The position numbers and the translations under genes are program-made. Under the pieces are notes generated by a model. The model saw only the letters and a list, made by a program, of their open reading frames with translations, ran no database searches and was not told the origin of the DNA. A stretch of 62,699 nucleotides of DNA, filler included, from Phoronis australis (taxonomy: Eukaryota > Animalia > Phoronida): the NCBI GenBank assembly GCA_002633005.1. It is 8 parts of 8 records of this genome, joined end to end, with 100 filler letters (N's around TTAATTAATTAA, not from the genome) between each part and the next. Parts side by side here need not be neighbours in the genome. Positions count along the whole stretch, not along the records: positions 51,330 to 53,602 come from NMRA01002138.1; positions 53,703 to 57,338 come from NMRA01002928.1; positions 57,439 to 60,431 come from NMRA01003289.1; positions 60,532 to 62,699 come from NMRA01003820.1; 4 more parts are not named here. One strand, written 5' to 3'. Below are positions 51,230-62,699 of this stretch, one piece after another (the stretch's first letter is position 1; every line of letters starts with the position of its first letter).

Positions 51230-54071
51230 NNNNNNNNNNNNNNNNNNNNNNNNNNNNNNNNNNNNNNNNNNNNTTAATTAATTAANNNNNNNNNNNNNNN
51301 NNNNNNNNNNNNNNNNNNNNNNNNNNNNNTTTTTGCCAAACGGCTTTGACTCCCCTCTGTTTGCTTCCTGCGTTCTGTGATGTGATGAGGCGACAATAGG
51401 GGCGATTTGAGACTTTTATCAGGTCACTATACGAAATCGAGCCTTGTTTTGTCTTATAATTGAAATCTAAACTCAGAATTTAGCAGGCGATCATATCTCG
51501 CGGCGAAGTGATACATGGCATCTCTCGCGAGAAATGTCGTTGAGGTGGCCAAGCAAAAACCAAAATCATGTTCTTACAATTCAAGTGAAGAGCGCACTCT
51601 TTCGATACCATCAATTTTGTTTTTGTTTTGTTTTTGTTTTTGTTTCTGTTTGCTTATGTGGCACCATTCGTGGATGTTTTCTCTACCACTTTGCATATTA
51701 AAGGCCACCAAGGCGCGGTGCGGATTTAATGTCAAGTTATGAAGTGTGCAGTCGGTGACCACTGTAGGCACGGTACTTTAGACTAGTTTTACGATTTGGC
51801 GAAAGATACTTAACGTTTTAGAAATTTATTATCGAAGCAGGTCATATTGGTGAAATTTGACGTACCACAGCGATGAGGGAGATGCGACGTATTAACAATT
51901 ACAACTTACACTACAGCGTCGGATGTAAACAAACTACTTAAAAGTTGAACGATAGGCAGTCCAATCTTTATGTAAAGTACCAAAATGGAATCAAAAACAC
52001 CCAATCAAAATAACAATGATTTTGCGCTCAGGTGGAACAAAACGTTTTCAAAGACAACATAGCTGTCATAATCAGTCATAGTCAGTGGATTTCTGTTTTC
52101 GGCCGAGGTACAAAATTGTATTCAATAAGGCTGACAGTGTGATAATAGCGGTAAACTTGATGTATTTCAATTGTGAATTTCGAACAAAAACGGCGCTGCA
52201 TGAGGCGAGTTCCTACATGTATTAAAGGATCACATAACGACATCATGATTAAGCGCACTGGGTGTCTTTAGACGCATTCTTTATCGCAATTGTCCAAACT
52301 GTTTAATTCCGTTTCTGACTCCAAAAGAGCCCTAAATGCAAGGATGCTTAGTTCTGAGTTTGACACGGCTGCTGCCAAAACAAGAAAACGAAACTGGCGT
52401 CTCTTCGCCTCTCTCCCCTAAACCACATAATAAATATGGCTCTGTAAGAAATTATTTCCCCGTATCCGTAAGCAGTCATAAACTTAATTAAATGAATTAT
52501 TTTGAAGCTTCTCGTCGTGGCTAAATTCAAAGTGAATAAAAGCAGATTATTAGTGCTGGTAATGCATTGATCGGAATATGTTATTGACATAAAAACCAGA
52601 AAATCAAATTGTCATTTATTGAAGAACATAAAACAAGCGGGCGCTATACACCGTCTCTATAGGAACAAATGTTTAGCATTCTAGACACGGAAACCGATTT
52701 ATAGAAATCAACAGGCAATGGGGCTATTCGGAAAATCTACCATAACTAGAGGGCGTGCGTGTACTAGTGGTGATAGATTAACAGCCTCGATTTCGCGAGC
52801 CCTTTAAATACATGGTGAAATGGCTTGCAACCGTGCCAACTCAATCTGAGATTTCGTAAAAAGGGTGTTTCTATGAGAGGAAGTAAGCATGACCTCATAC
52901 AAAGGTAAGGTTTGTGATTATTTTAACGATTATTCCATGATTATTCTACCAATGCCTGTTAACTGAGGTGCTCGCCGATGTCGACTTCGCGGCAGTCAGT
53001 CGCCAGCCAGAGTCTGGTTAATCTTTGTATGTTGTGATATGTGATACGATACTTGACGTAGCAATCGGGGTTTTTTCGTACATCAAAGCATTATTATTGT
53101 TTGGAATGATTTCTAGAAGTTTATCAGTGACAGTTACATCAATCAATGCTGAGTATTTATGCTGTCAACTCGATACAGCTTAATGAGTTAAGATTACAAT
53201 CCAATCCCAATGGCAAAGGGTACGTGAGTGATAAATATCCATTGCATTAGACTAGTATTTGTTTACTCCCTATCATATGTCTTCTGGAAATCTATTACAC
53301 GTTGAAATGGAAATCTATCACGTCAGTTTTCGCGTAACCTTTGGTTTTTAGGTTTGAAGGCTTGTACCGTGCAGAGGAGATATGCATCGCTTCTGCATCG
53401 TCCCTGAACGGACAAAAATTGGTTTTTAGCATTTGACTGCAGATAACCAACAAGATCTTCCCATCCAGTGCAGATCTGTTGTCAAAGCCTACTTTCAATA
53501 TTGGAGACAACGAACAAAGCCTTTGAAAAGGAACAGCTATTTTTAAAGTCATTTTGTTAAATTACTTATTCAGGTCCTCTGAGGGGGGATTGGCATGGGG
53601 GGNNNNNNNNNNNNNNNNNNNNNNNNNNNNNNNNNNNNNNNNNNNNTTAATTAATTAANNNNNNNNNNNNNNNNNNNNNNNNNNNNNNNNNNNNNNNNNN
53701 NNATGACGTCCAACAAGCTAAACAACTAAACAATGGGATTGTTTTAAACATTTACTGTTTCTTATAATTTCCTCTACAAGGACGTTGATAAGCAATTCAT
53801 AGGTCCTTATTATTTCCCCAGCTTTTATAATTCGTGGGCTTTAAAGCATTAAATTCATCGTTTCACTCAAAACTGACCGTAGCATGATTCGCAGACCTCA
53901 TGCAGGCACACAGCCGACTCTGAGAAAGCACTATTACATTATTCCTAGGCCTTCCAGTTTTGGTTTCTATACTGAAACAGGAATAGCCGGGCACGTATTT
54001 GTTCCAGGATTGCTATCCAAGACGGTGTTCCGTTGTCGGCTGGCTTAGTAGAACAATTGTTTTGATTGCAG

Positions 54072-54233
54072 GTTACAGTAGTGAAATAAGTCCCCTGGTA
54101 CTTCTTCTTCAGAAAGGTTCATACAAGAAGACTGTAAATGGTTGGGACGGCACATTCCCAGGACAAGCGACTAAAAATAAGTGGGATTTCATCAACGCTT
54201 TATTGTACGCAGTCACAATCATAACAACGATAG
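54072..54233 (+). CDS. Two-pore-domain (K2P/KCNK-like) potassium channel exon: extracellular cap and first pore helix
   Basis: TTGCAG acceptor, G|GTAAGT donor, 162 nt; KWDFINALLYAVTIITTIG with the intron splitting the TIG|YG filter. Confidence 0.85.
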
Positions 54234-54299
54234 GTAAGTCAAAAGTTCAACAGGCCCGCCACCAAAAAGCTTCACTCAGTCCTTTAACTACTCGAGCAA

Positions 54300-54780
54300 T
54301 AAACTAGAGCAATGCAGAGCGTTGGAATGCGTCCATCATGCAAGACGACGGTACAGACCCTTTGTTCAGAAAAAAAAATAGCCACAAGATGGCACAGAGC
54401 ACGACGAACGGTCTCGAAATGGGAAGGTTTAGTTGTCTCCTTGGTAGAAACCTGTTTGCCAAATTTCATGAAAATCTGCCAAAATGAGGAACTCTGAGCC
54501 GTGCAAGAGCTATGCCAATAAAATTGCCACTAGGAGACGCTGCGGTAGCCGGAACCACGAAAGCCGAATAGTGTCATCTATTAGCGCTCTCAAATACACT
54601 TGCCAAATTTCAAAAATCCTGCAAGGAATTTAGGAGGTAAAATTACAGACACAAAACATCACATGCGGCACTACAGTAGTTGGAGCCGTCCAAAAATCAA
54701 TGTCAGTCGTGCTCTCGTCTTGTGCAGATAGGAAAACATCGGCCAAATTTCACAATGATCATAACGTGGTATGGTAGACA
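54300..54780. mobile_element. Second HINE-like interspersed repeat
   Basis: AACTAGAGC start and repeated CCAAATTTCA motifs; family call is by resemblance only. Confidence 0.4.
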
Positions 54781-56060
54781 GAAATGCAGGATTCGGAAAG
54801 AATATATTGTTGTAACTTCGGTTGCAGTTGGGCGATTTTAGCGATTCCAAAACTAAACATGATCACCATTTGACGAACATTTCAGAAATGCTAATGGATT
54901 ATGTTCAAATGTATTGTAACTTAACTTTTATTTTAACAGCCGACAGCCCAGTCAGGGTAGATANTTGGCTGAATGGATGACCAGCCCATAAAATGATAAT
55001 TAGCCAAGACCAGTTACTATAATGCAACAAAGAATAATGTTTTGCATCACCTAGCCTTGGTGGGAAGCTGTATACTGTATTGGCTCAAACAAACCCTTAG
55101 AAAAATTCATTTCACGGAGAGGGGACGCTTATTGTAATGAGCCTACGGCAGTTGAAACCCGGTTTCCCAAACGGGTAAAATCGGAAGCTAGGATTCATCA
55201 AATTTACGCTCTGTGACGTATTTGTAGCCTATGAGAGCCTTTCTACAAAACTATGGTGCATTGCTATCAACTTCCGTTGTTAAATTACGATAATATTTCA
55301 AAAAATTGTGCTCATCACAGGGCGAAAACTTGCCGACTGATGCGTCGCTGAATCGCGATCGTCAATAGGAAAACTTGAACTCTTGAATAAAAATATAGTT
55401 TCGATTCAACAAATTACCTGAAATCTTCCTTATGTTTTACAATTTTTAAAGTTCATGTGGAGTCCAGATTAATTGCGATTAAGTCCAAATCTGCACTACA
55501 TCGCATCCCACAACACGAGAAAAATCTCTGGATGAACACACGTTGTTGTCACTTGACGTTTGTTTTGAAGTTCGTCTGCGTATGAGAGTGAGTGAGCGTG
55601 CGTGTGCGGGTCATCGACGACAGACTTTTTTGTTACAAAAGGCGGAGGATTATGCAAGAAAATGGCGTTTACTAGATTGTTTTTCACTTAAACAGCTGCA
55701 ACGTGCAAGGTGAGTGCTGGTTAACTCACAGATTTAGTGTGCACAGGGCGACTGTCGTTAGCTCTGCTGTGGAGTATTAATAGTCCAAGGCTCGATCTAC
55801 ATGTTGCGGACGAGGTGAACTAACCGGGCTGTGTGAAATTTCTGGGTCTAACGGAGACACTGACGCAGTGGTCAGCCAGCTCGCTGTATCAAGACTATAG
55901 TCAAAATCCAAATTCGTTTTAATGTGTCCCTGTCAATAATAACGGCATGCTAAAGCCTTCTTAATTTTCGTACTTCAGGAACATAACAATCACGTGTTTT
56001 GTACACATACGCGCACACCGCAGATCACATCTCGGAAATTGCCGATTTGACGGATGACAA

Positions 56061-56853
56061 CATAGACTATAGTACATGGACCGCCAACTCCATATACTTT
56101 CAATGGACAAAATCTGTGACCTTACGCACAAGCCCTTACGTCATTATTCACTGGCGACACCTGGCTAAATTATCTGGTGCAATTTCCGGCAAGTACGGCG
56201 TCTGCTAATCTTGGTCGGCTACTGTGTGGCCGGTTGTTCGGCCACACACGCGAAATGCAAAGGAATTAGCTTCCATACCATCCGAAGACCCCATAATCGG
56301 CTGTGGGAAGAAAACCTTACTTCTCGTGTCAACGTGAATGGCAGTTGTTTCAGCAATAAGACTTTATACATTTGTTCAAGGCACTTCGAAGATGAATGTT
56401 TTTAAGAGACTCCACTACTTAATCCTGTCTTCACAAATCCATTTTTGTTTTCTCCGTTTTGATGAAAACTATCTGGTAAACTTTTTGCCGAAAATTATCC
56501 GCTAAATTTCTTCCAAAGGTAGTGACTCGTAAACTCTTGTCCTTACGAGGAAGTTCAGCCATAGCCTAGTGAGCGAATTAACCAAATTACTCTTCGCTGG
56601 CCCTGATCAGATGGTTGGTCTCAGCAGAATGCGCACATTTGGCCAGGATTTGGATTAGCGATTTCAACAAATTCACATTCGTGTACAAATAAATAGAACT
56701 CTGGTAAAACCTTTAACATAAATAAAGATTACATTAATACTTCATAAATAACCACCCGGACAAGTCAAAATCTATCTCACAATTCAACAGCACGTTACAC
56801 ACTCATTTCATGTAGAATATATGCCGCACAAAATCTCTCGACTGCAGTCTATG
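56061..56853 (+). mobile_element. P-element-like remnant with THAP domain (56211-56405)
   Basis: YCVAGCS..FH..W..YICSRHFEDECF C2CH signature; CATAGACT / AGTCTATG termini; no TSD found. Confidence 0.65.
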
Positions 56854-57157
56854 AAAATGCAACCAACTTCTTTGAAAACATGGAACAGGAACTCCAGAGG
56901 GGTGTAAAGGTTGTTTTTATTCTTCAATGTTAATTTTTTTGTAAGCGGACATATGGTTTTTAAATTTCTGCCTTAAGTCCTAACATTTCTAAACTTAAGC
57001 CTTTCAAACGAACGTTTATGACGAAAACAAAATTCCTCAACCAGTTTTGTAAAGTCCTATGCCACCTGTAGGGTACATAATGAGCCAATTCCACTCCTAA
57101 TGTAACAAAAGGGTCCCGTGCATAAAGGATACTAAGTATTGCCCTTCTGAAATATTA

Positions 57158-57338
57158 CCGTATGTGCCCTAATAAGCAGCCAGGATGCTTAGAAAAATCC
57201 GCTTCAGGAAGGGGGCGCTTATTATAGCCCAAAAGTGGTTGAAACACGGTCTCCAAAACAGATGAAATCGTAAGCTAGAATTCATCAAAGTTACGCTCTG
57301 TGACGCATCTGTAACCTATGAACAGAGTTTCTACAAAA
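57158..57338 (+). mobile_element. pogo-like element left end (related copy at about 55090-55250)
   Basis: TA|CCGTA terminus; shares GCTAG(G/A)ATTCATCAAA..TACGCTCTGTGACG with 55187-55218. Confidence 0.65.
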
Positions 57339-58606
57339 NNNNNNNNNNNNNNNNNNNNNNNNNNNNNNNNNNNNNNNNNNNNTTAATTAATTAANNNNNN
57401 NNNNNNNNNNNNNNNNNNNNNNNNNNNNNNNNNNNNNNGTTAACCGTACCCTACATACATGGGCAAAGCAAGAGAAAAGAAACGTCTTTGTCGGCGGTTT
57501 ACCGAATTACGTAGGTCTGAGTGTTCCATCTAAAACTGTGGTTGGCCACCCCTTACGACATCCTAGATCCGCTAAACCACGAGTTTAAGCGAGAGTGTAG
57601 GCCTATTAACCAAAAAATAGTGTCGTGCTTTGACTAAATTTGATGGTTAGACTTTGTGAAAATAATCCCAAAATGACCATTTAATCCAAAATTAAGTGCA
57701 GGACGGACAAGTGACCTCTGTATGTGAACATGGAGTATTTTAAATAAGTATCAGTCCTCTTACACACGAAGTCACACCAAATCTGAAGAGATCTCTTCCC
57801 CGACAGAGGCTCGCCTTTCGGGACTTCCTGCTAACCAACTAGATGCTCATAGCCTACTGAGTTATAAGGACCACTGATTTAATTTATAACAGCAAGGTTG
57901 TAATTGAGTGTCCAATAGAAACTTTACAATGAACAGCAACAAATGTGCAGTTATAGGTCACCTTGACCTTTTTACGGATCCGGAGACACGCCATAATACA
58001 GAAAGGATTATGGAAGAGTGGTAGTTCCGAGCATTACTGCCAACAAGGGTTGATATAGATCACCTCATTGTAATAGTATAGCAGCCAGATATGAGTAAAC
58101 AGTCAACGTCCATCTAATATAAATTGCCAGTTTACCGAGCAGACCATGGCGCCTACGTGGCACTGCATGTGCCTTAGTGAATCCGGACGGGAGTGCTGTG
58201 GTGAACTTGGAATGCCGCTTATTCCCAAGATCATGTATACGTGAACTTGGAATTAAAAATTTGTTACTGTAATGAGGTGAAAGTTTTTGTTTTCTGTAAA
58301 GAACTTTAATTACTCATTATTGGCCACAGAATATCACCCATTCTCTCCTTAATCGAAAATTGTATCACAGAATCGGGGGAATGAATGTTTAACCAATCAT
58401 TGCTTGGTGAATAATATCACCAATAGCTGAAAAAACTGTTTAGACTTGCGAACTATCATTAGTTATGACTGCGTCCGTTAGGATCGCTGCCTATTACTCT
58501 AGTAAATGGCCAAGTGTAGTACGTTCAACGCTTATATTTGGTACGTAAATAACCCAGCATTACCCACTTAAGTAACGAAACATAGTGTCAGGAGTGGGAT
58601 TTAAAC

Positions 58607-60045
58607 AGCCGATTCATAAAGGTGGTTTAAAGTTAAACCTGGTTTAAACTGGACTTAGACCAGGTTAAAAGGTAATTTGCATTTCATAAAGGTGGTTAAA
58701 CTTTTAGACCATTGGTTTAGTAAAACCTGATTTAACTCCAGTTTAGTCCTGGACTAAGTCAGTTTTCATTTCACCAACGAGGTATATATTACTTAGACCT
58801 GTATTAAGATCTTAAACCAGGTTTAACTTAAGATTTGGTCAGACCCAGGTTTAATACTATTAAATATGGCAGACTTGTACGATATAGGTGCAACTGAATG
58901 ATACTGTGGTATGCATTTATGACGCAGTTTTAGAGCGAGAACGGACTATTTTCAGTATTCAATTTTAGGACGACACAAGATCAAACGTAACAGGGGGGGA
59001 CCAAGAATTTTGAAGGGGGGAAGTTTGGGATCAACGATTTTTAAAAGGAGAACCTGGGTCAACAATTTGAAAATTATAGATTTGATATCACTAAAATCAT
59101 GGGAAAAAGGGGGTCCGGACCCTTGATTCCTTGGATCCGCCTATACGTAGACCAGTACGTACTGAAGGGTGTCCTTCGTATTTTCTCAGAATATGACGGT
59201 TCGAGCAGAGCGTCATCGTCGCAAGCGCGACGCGTATGACTAAAAAAGGCATTTAATGATTGTTCTGACCACGTTTTATATCAATTGGTCCCCGATATAA
59301 GGTTGCCGGGCAGGGGTCCTGCCCCAGTGGCGGATTTGGAGGGGGGCCAAGGGGCCATGCCCCCCTAAAATTCTCCCAGATTCCATTTAGCATGTCTGGC
59401 GGGTAAAATCCTGACTAATTCTCTGCCCTGACCCCCTTTACTAAAAATCCTGGATCCACCCCTGTGCCCCCCTTTGCCTACAGAAAAGTACAATGACGCG
59501 GAAATAAATGTGTGCATTAACCATATTGCGGTAAACGTGAACAAGTACTTGTGTTGGACACAGACAATACAAAATGAAAATATCTCCTCATGATATCCTA
59601 GATCTGCTACTGCTTCCCTCGCCGTTTTTTGATTTTTTCACTGATGAAATTTTCTTTCTGGCCTTTATTCTGGATTAACATCTCTCCAAATCTGCTGCTT
59701 ACGTTGACTTGATTTGGCACCAGCTTTCTTGTTCTCGACATTGGCTTTTTCTCTCATCAGATTTGGTAGGGATCATTTTTCCTCGTGGGAAAAGCTTTTA
59801 GCCCTTTTTCGTAAACGGCTGCACTGATTCTGCTGCTGTGTGCCATTGAGTAGGCCTACCCATGTGATCAAGGTTTCATTGAAGCACCTCAACAGTTTCT
59901 TTTTTTGGTTAATCCAGATCAACACAGTAGAGTGGCTTTAAACCTAGTTTTACTAAACCCGCTTCATGGTCAAACAAAACCAGGCTCTCAGACTTTTAAA
60001 CCATGCTGGTGAAATGCAAGTTACATGTATGTCTAAAATTAGACC
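58607..60045. mobile_element. Harbinger remnant with Myb/SANT gene fragment, nested in the Gypsy leader
   Basis: Repeated (TT)AAACC(A/T)GG subterminal motifs at both ends; minus strand 59665-59820 reads RKRAKSFSHEEK*..ENKK..KQQIWRDV. Confidence 0.75.
59325..59464. mobile_element. Small MITE
   Basis: CAGTGGCGGAT / ATCCACCCCTG termini; TGCCC repeated on both flanks. Confidence 0.7.
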
Positions 60046-61671
60046 GACTAAAAGTGTTCTGAACACCGTAGTGTCGGGTTTCGTGTGTGCGATGGCGTCA
60101 TTTCAAATACAACTTTGATATAAGGCAGCCGGAAGTGTGGCCAACATGGCTGTCAGGTTAAAGATTTTTCGTGTGGTTTCAGGCTTAGCCTATAAGGACC
60201 GACCAGTGCAAGTAAATACATTAGTGGATATCCTAGCATCGCAGCTGAGGACCTATTACGGTCAGTTCAATGAAGATGAAAAGGACAACTATTCCATGGT
60301 AATCGCACGCTTTGCTCAATTTTTCATTACAAAAGGAAACCTGATCTACGAACGCGCCAAATTTAATCAGCGCAATCAAACGCAATGGGAGTCCGATGAC
60401 ACGTTCATAACTGCTTTACACACTCTCTCTGNNNNNNNNNNNNNNNNNNNNNNNNNNNNNNNNNNNNNNNNNNNNTTAATTAATTAANNNNNNNNNNNNN
60501 NNNNNNNNNNNNNNNNNNNNNNNNNNNNNNNCGCTGGTTCTCAACCCCCCACCCTAGTTGCCCCAAGTTTCACTCACCACACCCCACCCATACCAGACCC
60601 CATCAGGCACGGATGCAGAGAGTTCCAGTGCCCGGTTGCATGAAACATCAGACCCAAATGGGGCTCAACTAAGTTCCCTAAGTCTACTGGGAATGTATTT
60701 GTGAGCTCGTGAGAACACTGATATCCTTTCTTATGCTGACTGAGTCTCATTACTAAATCAGTTTTTGGCTTAATTTGTTACAAATGGAGGGTCAACTCTG
60801 TTGGATTCTCAATATTATTGAAAATAATTAGGGATCTTTTCATGCAACTCCCCTAATTTAAGGTCTAAGTCACTAATTGTTATGACTCGATTAAGGTCTC
60901 AGTTTTTAGTAATATTATTAGAAAACGTCATACGTCAAGGATGAGTTCACAATAAAGATAAAATAGTGGAAAAATATAGCATCTGTCAGTAAACAAGGAA
61001 GCAAGTGCGTAAAAAATTTAAGCAACTCAGTTGAGTCACTATTTAGGACTGTTTCATGCAACGAAGTGCAGGCCCCTTGCTAGAATGTAGAATGTCGTAA
61101 GGTGTGAATTTTCGTAACAAAGATCTGGGCCACTGTTGAGTTGGCGTAAGACGACAGTTTTTGGACACTGGCGTAGGAAACATTTGATGGTTGGGGGAGG
61201 AGAATCTGCTAATTTTTCAATTTTATTTTAAAACAAAATTCGTGTGTTGAACGTTTTGATAATTAATTGCTAATTAATTGATACTTGTGAAAAGCTGCAA
61301 CATTAAGGGGCGAAAACTATATCAGCCCCCAACTTTTTGTCTCTCCTGCTTTCTGCTTCCTACGCCTATGTTGGAAAGAATTGTAGCGCCCTTTTTGCTG
61401 CTACCTTCAGCAAAACTAGCCTATGTTTGTTGCTTATCAGGCAAAATTATGCAAAACACGTGACAGACTAAACTAGAAAACGCCACGCATTATCCAGAGA
61501 AAAAACACAGGAAAGATACCAGAAATCCGGCTCAACACTAAGAAAAATACCATGAAAAGAAATAAACTATTGTTGCGGTGAAGATCACTGGCCGAAAAGA
61601 TAGGGGCTTGAGGATTGGTGCCAACCAGGGGAAGAAAACCATACGCCTACTTTAGGGTAAATTCACACCTG

Positions 61672-62076
61672 GGCCCGGTCTCTAATCTTTGTACTCGAAA
61701 CGAACTCGAAATTATTTTTGGCAATTTCTCTGCTCCTTTTGTGCGAACTTAAGATAATTGGTTTTCAGACTGTGCTCGAATACATTATAGTTTATGCATA
61801 GGAGTTTCTAGTTCAAGTTTGCCCTTGAAGACCCTTATATTCGTGCTACAAACTCGAGTAAAAACTCGAAATTTTGAGTTGAAACTCGAACTCAGTGCTT
61901 TAATATTGGGTTTACAAACTGTGAACTAAGGGTAATAAATTATCTACGTAAGTTATTGTGTACTCGAGCATAGAATAATAGACACTTATCTTGAGTTCGC
62001 CCAAAAGTAGAGTAGAAAATACCAATGAAACCTAATTTCGAGTTCCATTTCGAGTAAAAAGATTGGAGACCGGGCC
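61672..62076. mobile_element. Complete PIF/Harbinger-like MITE
   Basis: Same TIR as 40076; CTG TSD at 61669-71 and 62077-79. Confidence 0.9.
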
Positions 62077-62699
62077 CTGGTATGCACCCTGACCAGTTAA
62101 GATCAGATAGGTCTTAATGCTTGGACTTTATCAAGGGTCGCACGGCAGGATACTAACAGTCTCTGCCTAAGGGGTGTCATCATTACGATAATATTAATGT
62201 ATTATCACTGGGTTATATGCGGTTCACTGGCCTTGAAGAAGGCGTTACGTCAAAGGCTCTCAGGAGCGCTTTTGAAAGTCTGCAAGCAAAACCGATATGG
62301 TCTATTTAAAGCACAAACCGTACTTACTCCACGTGATTTCAACGGTCACAGTAGGGTGCTAAACATGTTATTACAAAACAGTTGGTAGCTATTAAACTGG
62401 GGGTACGTAATCCTCGCGATATCCGTCGGCGAGAAATACATAACAATCTCCACTTGTGACCGGTGGCGCTCGGGACTGGGCAGCAGTACGGTAAAGTTGC
62501 GCGATATTCGGACAATCGAATTTAACTCCAATAGAACAAGTTTATTCTTGGTCGAATATTGCGGGAAAGGATTTTGTGGTGTCCGAATTTGGCGGCCTCC
62601 AAACATAATATTCCTCCATTTTAGATTGGCGTTTAACGAGCCTCCCAATTTGGCGAAGTGGGCAAAAATGTCCACCACAGAGAAACAAAAAAAAATATC

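Larger units (their letters stand above)
58583..60431 (+). mobile_element. Gypsy LTR retrotransposon 5' part: PBS (58583-58600) and gag remnant (60092-60431)
   Basis: ..AACA|TAGTGTCAGGAGTGGGAT resembles a tRNA-Leu PBS; gag motifs QPEVWPTW, QVNTL, NLIYERAKFNQRNQ..ESDDTFITAL. Confidence 0.8.

Noticed and set aside
62346-62678. 110-aa minus-strand ORF
   Set aside because: No recognisable domain and no supported exon structure

Overview
AT-rich, repeat-dense animal genomic DNA with GT-AG introns, from a gapped draft assembly; the repeat and gene types suggest a marine invertebrate such as an echinoderm (inference). It is not prokaryotic: no rRNA, functional tRNA, CRISPR array or operon is supported, and most ORFs in the track are spurious. 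Coding signal: (1) an intact, intronless EEP/DNase-I-fold protein with a Pro/Thr linker and C-terminal coiled coil (2114-3208); (2) four fibronectin type III exons of a receptor-like gene (12471-15035), one carrying a 1-nt frameshift; (3) a short-exon gene missed by the ORF track (about 18.3-31.3 kb, + strand) encoding a Ulp1/SENP (C48) His-Asp-Gln-Cys protease domain, a probable second upstream C48-like domain and a PWWP/Tudor-like segment, partly decayed, preceded by two minisatellite arrays and probably transposon cargo; (4) one K2P potassium channel pore exon (54072-54233). The rest is nested mobile DNA (Helentron-type non-autonomous elements, Kolobok, pogo-like, Harbinger, THAP remnants, RTE/Tx1/L2/RLE LINEs, Gypsy) plus assembly artefacts (TTAATTAATTAA gap linkers, duplications across single Ns, interleaved haplotypes at 29.4-33.4 kb). 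All calls come from manual reading; no searches were run.
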